64,000 bases of DNA from an uncultured virus (IMG/VR IMGVR_UViG_3300031884_000009). Its lineage: Duplodnaviria > Heunggongvirae > Uroviricota > Caudoviricetes. Shown piece by piece: positions 1 through 9,364 of the stretch. Made by a program: the position numbers and the translations under genes. Under the pieces are notes generated by a model. That model worked only from the letters and a program-made list of their open reading frames with translations, was not told the DNA's origin and did not search any database. Positions within the stretch are counted from its first letter, which is position 1. Every line of letters starts with the position of its first letter. Where the stretch lies: IMG/VR virus record IMGVR_UViG_3300031884_000009. One strand, 5' to 3'.

Positions 1-284
1 CCACTGAGAGTGAACTATTCACTTTCGATTTTACGCAGGTTCTTGCTGCTAATGAGACTATTCTAACAGCAGTATGCACTGTTATAGTGATGAATGGTGT
101 AGACCCTACTCCACAGAACATCCTACAGTCTACTGCTATTATTGTAAATAAGACTGCTTCTCAACGAGTAGTGGCAGGATTAGCTGAAGTAACTTACCGA
201 CTAGAGATGACGATTACGACTTCTCTAGGTAACACCTATGTTGGTGTTGGTGACTTAACTATCTACGATGCTTCTCAAGTATGA
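1..284 (+). CDS. Virion structural protein, 5'-truncated by the window edge (allele A of 45660..45971)
   Basis: Frame is open from position 3 (TESELFTFDF...). Near-identical to 45660..45971; bases 1-112 equal 45688-45799. Confidence 0.8.
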   Translation, partial: TESELFTFDFTQVLAANETILTAVCTVIVMNGVDPTPQNILQSTAIIVNKTASQRVVAGLAEVTYRLEMTITTSLGNTYVGVGDLTIYDASQV

Positions 285-559
285 GTTATTTTCCCAGATA
301 TGACAGAGGTGATTGGGCAGTACTTTGCGATGCTTGTGGTCGTAAGTTAAAAGCTTCAGACCTTCGCCAAAGATGGGATGGTCTTAAAGTATGTCCTGAA
401 GACTGGGAACCACGTCAGCCTCAAGACTTCGTTCGTGGCGTAGCAGACTACCAGGCCCCTCCTTGGACAAGACCAGAACCACAAGACCAATTCATCACCG
501 TATATAGTACTAATAGATTAGTCGACGGTTTTGTTATAAACACTATTACAGTAGGATAA
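281..559 (+). CDS. Small Cys-containing phage protein (allele A)
   Basis: CDAC...[11 protein letters not shown] motif; near-identical allele at 45981..46259; ATGA overlap with the upstream gene. Confidence 0.75.
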   Translation: MSYFPRYDRGDWAVLCDACGRKLKASDLRQRWDGLKVCPEDWEPRQPQDFVRGVADYQAPPWTRPEPQDQFITVYSTNRLVDGFVINTITVG

Positions 560-563
560 TTAA

Positions 564-2675
564 ATGCCGATTCCATTATTTACTAACAATGCTGCTACAG
601 CTCTTGCCGTAGCTGTTACGCCTACTGATACCGTATTCCAAGTAGTTGCTGGTACAGGTGAGCAGTTCCCGTCTCCTACAGGCGGTAACTACTTTATGAT
701 GACGATGGTACAGATTAATAATCCTGAAGTATCAGAGATTGTTAAATGTATCGGGCGTACAGGTGACTTCCTTACCGTAGAACGGGGACAAGAGGGCACT
801 GCTCCACAAATCTTCAATATCAGCGACAACGCACAACTTCGTATCACAGCCCAGAGCTTAAACTTGTTTGCTCAAGGTGGTAGCGGAGGTGGTTCAGGAG
901 CTGCTACTAATCAAGCTGAATTTACAGCTACTCAAGGTCAAACAGTATTTACATTACCTTTTTCATACATTCCTGATGACTTTAATCTTGCAGTGTTTGT
1001 CAACGGTAGTAAACAGATTGTTGACGTAAACTACTCAGAATCTTCTAGCACTACTGTTTCATTCATTACTGGTCTTAACGTTGGTGATTTAGTTGAAGTT
1101 ATTTATAACCTTCCTATTGCTGCAGGCCAAGTAGATGCAAGCAATATCTCTTATGATGAAGGGGGTATTGGTGCTGTAGAATCTACTGTACAAAAGAAAC
1201 TTCAAGAATGGGTGTCTGTAAAAGACTTTGGAGCAAAAGGTGACGGTTCTACTGATGATACTGCTGCTATTCAAGAAGCATTGACACAATCTGCAAATAA
1301 ATGTTTATATTTTCCTGACGGGACTTATAAAATAAGTAGTACCTTGACAGCACCTGCTTTTATTACAATATTAGGGGCAAGTGAATATGGGTCTATTATT
1401 AATGGTGCTGCATTATCGACTAATCAAGCTATTTTAAGTATTACTGGAAGTCAGTACAATATATCTAATTTAAAATTTGTAGGTAGCGGTACTCAATTAG
1501 GCATTTCTGCGTACAATGGATATTTCAATACATACACAAATTTATATTTTACAAATTTAAAAACTGGACTAGCTTTAGATGAGTCAGGAGCTTGTCGTAT
1601 TTTTAACTGTAACTTTGCAAGCAACACTACTGGAATTTTATGTCAAGGTGGTAGTGCTTATGTCATAGACCAGTGTAATTTTGACACAGCTACAGTTACT
1701 GGTGTTAAATCTGTAAAATCACCAACAACAACTTTTTCTACAGGAATTTCTGTTGTTAATTGTGTATCTTCTGCTGCTACAGGAATTAGTTGCGATGCTG
1801 ACGGAACTCAAACAGCCTATTTTAATAATTGTTATTTTGAAGGTCAAGCAGTTGTTTCAGTTCCTTTTTCTATAGGGCAAACAGGTACAGGTCCTATTTT
1901 TAGAGTTACAGTATCTAATTGTATTATTGCAAATACAAACGATGCTACTTCTACTTTTGGTAATATTACAAATCTTGATGTTGCTAACAACGTATGGGGC
2001 CAAGCAATAGTAATTCAAAATACTGTTACTTATTTAAATCAAAGTGGTGATTGGTTTTTAAGCCCTGGTTATATTAGTAGTTCTGCTGCAAGACAAACTA
2101 CAAATATTAATGGTGCTTTAAATACTTCAGTATTGACAACCAACTTTTTTGATAATAATTTAGGAGGCAGTTACGCTTCTTTAACAAATAGTTCTGGTGC
2201 TGGTGTTCAAATTAAAGCGGACAGATTTATTCCATCCTTAGATAATTCTTTAACTTTAGGAGATAACGTACATAGATGGACTAATGTATGGGCAGTAAAC
2301 GGAACTATTCAAACTTCTGATGCAAATGAAAAACAACAAATTGCTGATTTAACATTAGCTGAACAAGCTGTAGCTAGAGAATTAAAAGGTTTAGTTAAAA
2401 CTTTTAAATTTAATGATGCTGTTGTTTCTAAAAATGAAAATGCCAGAATTCATTGTGGTGTAATTGCTCAAGATGTTGCACAAGCATTTATTAATAATAA
2501 TCTTAATCCTGATAAATATGGTGTATTTTGTTCGGATACTTGGTATGAAGTAGACGGAAAATCAGAAAATTCTGAAGGAATTAAATATACAGAATTAACG
2601 CCAAATTCAATAAAAATTACTAAATTAGGTATTAGATACGAAGAATTATTTGCTTTTGTAATTGCAAGTCTATAA
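564..2675 (+). CDS. Tailspike / receptor-binding protein 1A with pectate-lyase-like beta-helix and C-terminal intramolecular chaperone (peptidase S74-like)
   Basis: [21 protein letters not shown] beta-helix entry motif; C-terminal TSDANEK...GVIAQDV...IRYEELFAF chaperone pattern. Confidence 0.85.
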   Translation: MPIPLFTNNAATALAVAVTPTDTVFQVVAGTGEQFPSPTGGNYFMMTMVQINNPEVSEIVKCIGRTGDFLTVERGQEGTAPQIFNISDNAQLRITAQSLNLFAQGGSGGGSGAATNQAEFTATQGQTVFTLPFSYIPDDFNLAVFVNGSKQIVDVNYSESSSTTVSFITGLNVGDLVEVIYNLPIAAGQVDASNISYDEGGIGAVESTVQKKLQEWVSVKDFGAKGDGSTDDTAAIQEALTQSANKCLYFPDGTYKISSTLTAPAFITILGASEYGSIINGAALSTNQAILSITGSQYNISNLKFVGSGTQLGISAYNGYFNTYTNLYFTNLKTGLALDESGACRIFNCNFASNTTGILCQGGSAYVIDQCNFDTATVTGVKSVKSPTTTFSTGISVVNCVSSAATGISCDADGTQTAYFNNCYFEGQAVVSVPFSIGQTGTGPIFRVTVSNCIIANTNDATSTFGNITNLDVANNVWGQAIVIQNTVTYLNQSGDWFLSPGYISSSAARQTTNINGALNTSVLTTNFFDNNLGGSYASLTNSSGAGVQIKADRFIPSLDNSLTLGDNVHRWTNVWAVNGTIQTSDANEKQQIADLTLAEQAVARELKGLVKTFKFNDAVVSKNENARIHCGVIAQDVAQAFINNNLNPDKYGVFCSDTWYEVDGKSENSEGIKYTELTPNSIKITKLGIRYEELFAFVIASL

Positions 2676-2684
2676 GGATATTGA

Positions 2685-4922
2685 ATGCCTAATATGTTAT
2701 TCGCAAATAACTGTAATACTACTTTAGCTAGTAGTCTTACTAACGTAGCTACAATTTTGTCGGTTACGTCTGCGACAGGCTTTCCTGCTCCTACGGGCTC
2801 ACAATACTTTTATTGCACATTAGCTGATGCAGCTACTCAGCTTGTTATCGAGATTGTTAAAGTAACTAATGTAACAGGAACAACATTTACTATTGTTCGT
2901 GGACAAGATGGTACTACAGGTACTGCATTTAATGCTGGTGATGTAGTATCTCTTCGTTTAGTTCGTGCAAGTCTTAATGACTTCCCTAAGTTAGATGAAA
3001 CCAATACTTATACAGGCTCACAAGTATTAGCTGCTTCTACTTCATCTTTAGTACCTTTAAATATTCCAGTAGGTACAACTCCTACAAGTGCAGCTACAGG
3101 TTCTATTTGGTCTGAGACTGAAGGTCTTTATTACCACAACAGTACTTACATCACTGAGTTAGATATTGGTGATAATACTGCTGGTGTACTTACGCAGCCT
3201 ACTATTACTGTCACAGGAAGCGGAGCAACGATTAATGCTTCTTCTGTAGAAGCAGTATTGTATTCACAAGTTGGTTGGGTTGGTGACTTAAAGAAATATA
3301 TAGTCCCAGCAGCTACAGGGTTATCCCTTACAGACCAATCCGCTAACTATTTAATTGTTAGTTATAACTCTGGTAGCCCTGTTTATTCCATTACTACTAA
3401 CGTAGCTACCATTGACAACTCTAGTGTTGTTGGGGCTGCGTTGCTGTGGCGTAACGGTACTCAAGTTCATTATCAGCCTATTGATTGGGGACGTTCTTGT
3501 GCAAGTCGTCTTAATCGTCGTTTAGTACAAACTAATCGTTACCAATGGGCTTCAGGATTAGCTCTAGGAGAATCCACAGGAAACGTTATTACGTTAACTG
3601 CTGGTGTAATTTGGTACGGTGTAACTCAATATAGCGAAGCATCCGTAACATCAGCTTCTTCTAATGCTGACTTTTATTACCATGTATCAGGTGTTTGGAC
3701 TACAACTACAGCATCTACATACAACAATACTCAGTATGATGATGGCACAAACCTTCAAACATTAGGGCCTGGTAAGTATGCAGTAAACTGGGTTTACCGT
3801 TATTTAGATGGTTCAGGATTACCTAAGTTAGCTTATATATTAGGAAGTGGTAATTATTCACAGGCTCAAGCTATAGCCTCTGCACCTCCATCACCTCCTC
3901 CTATTTTGTCTACAATGGCAATACTAGTAGGTCGTATTATTGTTGTTAAAAACGGAGCAACGGCTACTGAGATTGATTCTGCATTTACACAAGTATTTTC
4001 TAGCAGTTCAGTATTAAACCATAATGACTTGTCAGGTCTTCAAGGCGGTAACGGGACTACTGAAGAATATCATTTAACTTCTGCTGAATACACAGGAACA
4101 GGTACTGGTAACTTTGTAAGAACAACAAGTCCTACATTAGTTACACCTTTATTAGGAACTCCTACAAGCGGTACATTAACTAATTGTACTGGATTACCTT
4201 TATCTACAGGCGTTACTGGAACACTAAGTGCTTCTTTAGGGGGAACAGGAGAAGCTGGTACGTTGACTGGTATTCTTTATGGTAACGGAGCTTCTGCACA
4301 AACTGTAGCTACTACAGCACAGGCATTGTCTTTAATCGGTACATTGCCGATAGCTAATGGTGGAACAGGATTAACTAGTTTCACTGCTGGTCAAATTCAT
4401 TATGGTTCTTTTAGCACTAGTTCTAATCTTTATTTTGATGGTACTAATTTATTAGTAGGTTCTAATACTTCTGCTTATGGTACACTTAATGTACAAAGAA
4501 ATACAAGTACTCCTTATGCAAGTTTAACAATTACAGATAATGCAACGCCTGCTAATCCTGTAGGAATATATTTAAGAGCAACAGGAACTGCTTGTGGAAT
4601 ATCTACAGCAGGTGCTCCTATTGCTTTGTCTGTAAGCCCTAACTTAGGTAACATTGGACTTCAAGTAAACGCTTCTGGCGGTGTTTCCATTGGTAACACT
4701 ACAGACCCAGGAGCAACCAACTTATCTGTAACTGGTAGTATTGTTTCTGGAAGCACTGTTAAAACAGCAGGATATACAGTAGCTACTTTACCCACAGGAG
4801 TAACTGGGGCAAGAACGTATGTAACTAATGCTCTTGCCCCTGTGTTTGGCGCTACTGTAGTAGGAGGAGGCGCAGTAATAATTCCAGTATTTTATAACGG
4901 AACCAACTGGATTGTTGGTTAA
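2685..4922 (+). CDS. Tail fibre protein 2A
   Basis: Thr/Gly/Ser-rich; LPIANGGTG fibre motifs; N- and C-termini shared with 48373..51753. Confidence 0.8.
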   Translation: MPNMLFANNCNTTLASSLTNVATILSVTSATGFPAPTGSQYFYCTLADAATQLVIEIVKVTNVTGTTFTIVRGQDGTTGTAFNAGDVVSLRLVRASLNDFPKLDETNTYTGSQVLAASTSSLVPLNIPVGTTPTSAATGSIWSETEGLYYHNSTYITELDIGDNTAGVLTQPTITVTGSGATINASSVEAVLYSQVGWVGDLKKYIVPAATGLSLTDQSANYLIVSYNSGSPVYSITTNVATIDNSSVVGAALLWRNGTQVHYQPIDWGRSCASRLNRRLVQTNRYQWASGLALGESTGNVITLTAGVIWYGVTQYSEASVTSASSNADFYYHVSGVWTTTTASTYNNTQYDDGTNLQTLGPGKYAVNWVYRYLDGSGLPKLAYILGSGNYSQAQAIASAPPSPPPILSTMAILVGRIIVVKNGATATEIDSAFTQVFSSSSVLNHNDLSGLQGGNGTTEEYHLTSAEYTGTGTGNFVRTTSPTLVTPLLGTPTSGTLTNCTGLPLSTGVTGTLSASLGGTGEAGTLTGILYGNGASAQTVATTAQALSLIGTLPIANGGTGLTSFTAGQIHYGSFSTSSNLYFDGTNLLVGSNTSAYGTLNVQRNTSTPYASLTITDNATPANPVGIYLRATGTACGISTAGAPIALSVSPNLGNIGLQVNASGGVSIGNTTDPGATNLSVTGSIVSGSTVKTAGYTVATLPTGVTGARTYVTNALAPVFGATVVGGGAVIIPVFYNGTNWIVG

Positions 4923-4937
4923 TTAAAGGTACCATAA

Positions 4938-5231
4938 ATGACAACATTAATTCCTCAATATGACCAAGGCTTTTCTGGTGCTGTAAACAGGCCAATTAAT
5001 CAAAAACTTCAAGAATACATTTCTGTTAAAGACTTCGGTGCTGTAGGGAATGGAATTGCTGACGACACTTCTGCTTTTACTTCTGCATGGTCAGCAGGGA
5101 ATCCTCAAGCCATTCTAGTCCCTGCTGGTAGTTACAAAATCACAGGAACAGTGACAGGTAAATTTTATTCTTTTGGTACTGTGATAATAATCACAGGCAC
5201 TGTAACTTCAATTATTAACTTAGTACCTTAA
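4938..5231 (+). CDS. Short (97 aa) receptor-binding-protein stub 3A
   Basis: MTTLIP...GAVNRPINQKLQE.ISVKDFGA N-terminus is homologous to the 550-aa 51768..53420 but ends at the start of the beta-helix. Confidence 0.65.
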   Translation: MTTLIPQYDQGFSGAVNRPINQKLQEYISVKDFGAVGNGIADDTSAFTSAWSAGNPQAILVPAGSYKITGTVTGKFYSFGTVIIITGTVTSIINLVP

Positions 5232-5249
5232 CTCCTTAAGAATAACATC

Positions 5250-5477
5250 ATGTCAGACCAACTAGAGACCCGTGTAGTACGCCTTGAAGTCACCCAAGCT
5301 AATCACGCTGAAGACATCAAAGAACTTCGTGAAACAACTATTGACTTGAGTACTACTATGCACTCCATAGAAAAGAACTTAGCTCAGATTAAGTATATCG
5401 CTGTTGGTGCTCTAGTTGTCATTGTGGCACAATCCATTGGCATTGATAAAGCCATTAAAGTCCTTTTAGGAAGCTAA
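5250..5477 (+). CDS. Coiled-coil protein with C-terminal transmembrane helix (XhlA/holin-like), allele A
   Basis: Heptad-like N-terminus followed by hydrophobic YIAVGALVVIVAQ; allele at 53586..53813. Confidence 0.6.
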   Translation: MSDQLETRVVRLEVTQANHAEDIKELRETTIDLSTTMHSIEKNLAQIKYIAVGALVVIVAQSIGIDKAIKVLLGS

Positions 5478-5478
5478 T

Positions 5479-6069
5479 ATGTTTTATGTCTACGAGCATG
5501 TACGAAACGATACCAATGAAATCTTTTATGTAGGTAAAGGAAAAGGTAGACGTGCAACTGCTGGATGGAGCAGAAACAAACATTGGATAAATATTGTAAA
5601 CAAGGCTAATGGTTTTACAGTTAATTTTGTAGCTAAAGGTTTAGATGAAGAACTTGCTTTCCTTGCTGAGATTGAACGAATTGACCAGCTTAGGCGTTTA
5701 GGTGTAAAATTATGTAATATTGCACCTGGCGGTGAAGGAAATACTATGAAGGGTGAAGAGCATCCTTTATATGGTAAACATCATTCAGCAGAGACAAAAG
5801 CAAAGATAGGCAGAGCAGCTTCTAAGCGTATAGGCGATAAAAATGCTTTCTTTGGTAAAACACATACAGAAGAATCTAAAGCTAAAATGTCTGAAGCTCG
5901 TAAAGCAGCTACCACAGAGACAACAAGAAAATTAATATCTGAATCTGCTAAAACAAGAACAGGCAATAAAAATCCAATGTTCGGAAGAAAACACTCCGAA
6001 GAAACAAAAGCTAAAATACGTGAAAAACGTTTAGCCTATAATACTAGAATAAGGAATAACCATGAGTAG
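5479..6069 (+). mobile_element. Free-standing GIY-YIG homing endonuclease with NUMOD3 repeats
   Basis: FYVYEH...IFYVGKG N-terminus; repeated GK.HS.ETKAKI / FGKTHTEESKAKMS motifs; absent from the second allele. Confidence 0.9.
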
Positions 6070-6811
6070 TACTTTTAGTGTGACGAGGGACCAAATTATA
6101 ACGTTGGCGTGCAGGAAACTTGGAATTTTAGAATTGGGTTCTACTCCTGATTCAGAGACAGTAGCTAACGCTTCTTTAGCTTTGAATCTCTTTGTCAAGC
6201 AAATGCAGACTGAAGGTCTAAAGCTGTGGACAGTCAATCAATTAGTCCTTCCTTTAGTTAACGGACAGACTCAGTATTCTATTGGTCCTATCTCACAGAA
6301 TCCTACAGTAGACTTAGATGCTGACAAGCCTTTAAAGGTTATTCAGGCTTGGTTACGTCAGACTACTGTAACACCTCCTATTGATACCCCTGTTCAGCTC
6401 CTTAGCCAACAAGAATATAAGACATTAGGTTCTAAGTTTAGCACTGGAGTAGCTAACTCTATTTACTATGAGATTCGTCAGAACACAGGTAACATGTATG
6501 TTTACTTGACTCCTGACTACAATGCTGCATACCAGTATGAACTTTACTTCATGGCTCAACAGCCTATTCAAGACGTAAACTACGGTTCTTCAGTGCCTAA
6601 CTTCCCTGTAGAGTGGATGAATACTTTAGTATGGAACTTAGCTGACCAGCTCGCTATTGAGTATTCTGTACCAGCTAATCATCGTCAAGAGATTGCTCAA
6701 AGAGCACAGATGTATCGTGAACAGCTTACAGACTATGATGTAGAATCAGTATCAACATTCTTTCAAGCTGACCTTCGCATGGCTAATAATACTTTCGGAC
6801 AACCTAACTAA
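6062..6811 (+). CDS. Head-tail adaptor / tail tubular protein A-like (allele A)
   Basis: Lies directly before the nozzle gene; RDQII..A.RKLG.L and LVWNLA..LA.EY motifs typical of podovirus adaptors. Confidence 0.65.
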   Translation: MSSTFSVTRDQIITLACRKLGILELGSTPDSETVANASLALNLFVKQMQTEGLKLWTVNQLVLPLVNGQTQYSIGPISQNPTVDLDADKPLKVIQAWLRQTTVTPPIDTPVQLLSQQEYKTLGSKFSTGVANSIYYEIRQNTGNMYVYLTPDYNAAYQYELYFMAQQPIQDVNYGSSVPNFPVEWMNTLVWNLADQLAIEYSVPANHRQEIAQRAQMYREQLTDYDVESVSTFFQADLRMANNTFGQPN

Positions 6812-6812
6812 T

Positions 6813-8900
6813 ATGCCAATAGACCGTATACCTCTGTCTCAACCTATTGAGACTCGAAATGGAACTTTAAATAAAGACTCCAAGTGTGTCAACGGCTATT
6901 TTGAAACTACAAATGGTAAGCGTGAGTTTGTCAAGAGAGCGGGGCTATCATCCATAACTACTACTCCTCCTTTGCCAGTAACGCAAGCACAGGGACTAAC
7001 CTTGTTTAATGGTTTCCTTTTCGCTGCTTTAAACAACGTACTTTACAAGATTGACCCTACGACCTATGCAGTAACAACTATAGGGACTATGACGGGTACT
7101 ATCGGAGGTGAAGTACAGGATTGTTATTTCAATACTACATTAAACAATACTTATTTGTTTGTTCAGAATCAAGTACATGGTTACACCTACAATCCTACGA
7201 CTAATGTCTTTTCTCAAGTATTAGATGACAATATTGTTTTAGCGACTATCGTTACAGGTGGTACAGGCTATATTACTCCTGTAGTAACTTTCTCAGCTCC
7301 TTCAGGAGGCGGTACAACAGCTACAGGTACTGTACAAGCTACAGGAGGTGTATGTACAGGAATTACCATCACTAACGGTGGTACAGGGTACACAACTTCA
7401 GATACATTAGTAGTTACGATTACTGATGCTGGAGGTACTACAGCTACTTGGACAGCAAGTACTGCGGAAGGTACTGGAGCTACTTATACTACTAGCAGTA
7501 ACTCTTATAAAGTATTAGCAGCAGGTACTACAGGTATTGTAGCTCCTACTATTAATGGTTCTGATGTAGCTCCTGGCTGGACAACAGGATGGAATATCCT
7601 TAGAGGTCAAGAGTTTGTCAATTCTTTAGGTTATTTATACGTATGCACAGCATCAGGCACTACAGGAGCTTCTGAGCCTACCTTTACTTCTGGTTCTGCT
7701 TCAGATGGCACAGCTACAGTATTGTTTGTTAGTCTTACAGGCACAGGCGGTGTAGGCTTAGATGGTACTGCTATTATCCAATGGACAGGTGCTTTTACGC
7801 CTACAGCAGGTACTGGAGCTACGGCGATTGCTGAGCTTAATGGCTTTCCTACAGGTCAGTTAGTCCCTGGAGCACCTTATCTGGATACTTATACAGTCAT
7901 TGGTAGCCCTAATGGACAGATATATACTTCTAATCCTAACGACCCTACTTCATGGAATGCTTTAAACTACATTACTGCAGAGTCAGACCCTGACACTCAA
8001 GTAGGTCTTTGTAAGCATTTAAACTACATTTTAAGCTTTGGAACAAACTCTATTGAGTTCTTCTACGATGCTGGTAACTATCCAGGCTCTCCTTTGTCTG
8101 TGGCTTCTTCTTACAAGATTGAGCTAGGCTGTGCTAATGGTGACTCTATCTCAGCCTTTGAAAACGTAGTCTTATTTGTAGGAACTTCTAAAGACTTAGG
8201 GCCTTCAGTCTACGCTCTTTCAGGAACTGCTCCTTCTAAAGCTTCTACTCCTTATATTGACCGTATTCTGCAAAACAGCACTTTAACGGATATTAGGTCT
8301 TTTTCTATGCGTGTTGAGGGACATACCTTTTATGTCTTGACTTTACACGATATTAATGTTACAATAGTATACGATGTAAATGAGAAAGTCTGGACTCAAT
8401 GGACTTCATGGGCAGTTGGTGATGAAGATTCAGGTATTCCTGGTATCTATGCTGAACAGTATTTCCGTCCTAGTTTCTTTGCAGGTAATGGAGAAACCTA
8501 TTATTTATTGAATGATGATGATGGTACATTATACACATTATCCTCAGATTACTACAATGATGCAGGTGCTCCGATATATTACCGTAGTGTAACAGACTTA
8601 TTAGATAGCGGAACAACTAAGCGTAAGTTCTACCAGCGTGTTGAAATTGTAGGCGATAAAGTAGGAGCTACAATGAACATTAGACATACTGATGATGACT
8701 ACCAATCATGGTCTCCTTATCGTACAGTAAACTTAAATGCTTCTCGTTCCCAGATTTATCAAACAGGGCAAGCACGTCGTAGAGCATGGGAATTCCTTTG
8801 CACAGATAATGCCCCAATAAGATTATTAGCTGCTGAAGTAGATTTTAGTATCGGTGAATTAGAACAAGACGGGCCACAACAGATACAATATAGGACATAA
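6813..8900 (+). CDS. Tail nozzle / hub protein (P22 gp10-like), allele A
   Basis: About 690 aa, beta-rich; AESDPD and terminal GQARRRAWEF motifs; synteny with adaptor and ejection genes. Confidence 0.7.
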   Translation: MPIDRIPLSQPIETRNGTLNKDSKCVNGYFETTNGKREFVKRAGLSSITTTPPLPVTQAQGLTLFNGFLFAALNNVLYKIDPTTYAVTTIGTMTGTIGGEVQDCYFNTTLNNTYLFVQNQVHGYTYNPTTNVFSQVLDDNIVLATIVTGGTGYITPVVTFSAPSGGGTTATGTVQATGGVCTGITITNGGTGYTTSDTLVVTITDAGGTTATWTASTAEGTGATYTTSSNSYKVLAAGTTGIVAPTINGSDVAPGWTTGWNILRGQEFVNSLGYLYVCTASGTTGASEPTFTSGSASDGTATVLFVSLTGTGGVGLDGTAIIQWTGAFTPTAGTGATAIAELNGFPTGQLVPGAPYLDTYTVIGSPNGQIYTSNPNDPTSWNALNYITAESDPDTQVGLCKHLNYILSFGTNSIEFFYDAGNYPGSPLSVASSYKIELGCANGDSISAFENVVLFVGTSKDLGPSVYALSGTAPSKASTPYIDRILQNSTLTDIRSFSMRVEGHTFYVLTLHDINVTIVYDVNEKVWTQWTSWAVGDEDSGIPGIYAEQYFRPSFFAGNGETYYLLNDDDGTLYTLSSDYYNDAGAPIYYRSVTDLLDSGTTKRKFYQRVEIVGDKVGATMNIRHTDDDYQSWSPYRTVNLNASRSQIYQTGQARRRAWEFLCTDNAPIRLLAAEVDFSIGELEQDGPQQIQYRT
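8337..8365 (+). promoter_or_regulatory. Intragenic sigma70-type promoter
   Basis: TTGACT-17 nt-TACAAT with extended -10 TG; conserved at 56078..56106. Confidence 0.6.
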
Positions 8901-8902
8901 TA

Positions 8903-9355
8903 ATGATTACCTACAGGGTAGAGAAATATTCAGAAGCTTTGAATGACTTAATTAAAATCTACCCTGAGCATTATGATGAACTAGAAGATGGCTTTAAAGG
9001 TGGCTACGAGCTAGAACCTAATTGGGAAAGTTACTACGGATTAGAACAATCAGGCATGTTGCAAGTTATAACATGTCGTGAAGACGAAGAGTTAATTGGG
9101 TACATGATGTTTATTGTCTGTTCTCCATTACACGTTAAGTCTTGCTTAACAGCACTAGAAGATATTTACTATCTTCGTAAAACACACAGAAAAGGTAGGA
9201 CAGGTATCAAGATGTTTCAGTTTGCTGAAGAACATCTCAAGAACCTCAATGTTAATAGGATAATGTGTAGCACTAAAGTTCACTTAGATAACTCAAGGTT
9301 ATTAGAATACTTAGGTTATACATTCATGGAAAAACTGTATAGTAAATTTATTTAA
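8903..9355 (+). CDS. GNAT-family acetyltransferase-like protein (allele A)
   Basis: YLRKTHRKGRTG acetyl-CoA-binding motif A and LLEYLGY C-terminal motif. Confidence 0.8.
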   Translation: MITYRVEKYSEALNDLIKIYPEHYDELEDGFKGGYELEPNWESYYGLEQSGMLQVITCREDEELIGYMMFIVCSPLHVKSCLTALEDIYYLRKTHRKGRTGIKMFQFAEEHLKNLNVNRIMCSTKVHLDNSRLLEYLGYTFMEKLYSKFI

Positions 9356-9364
9356 GGAATCATC

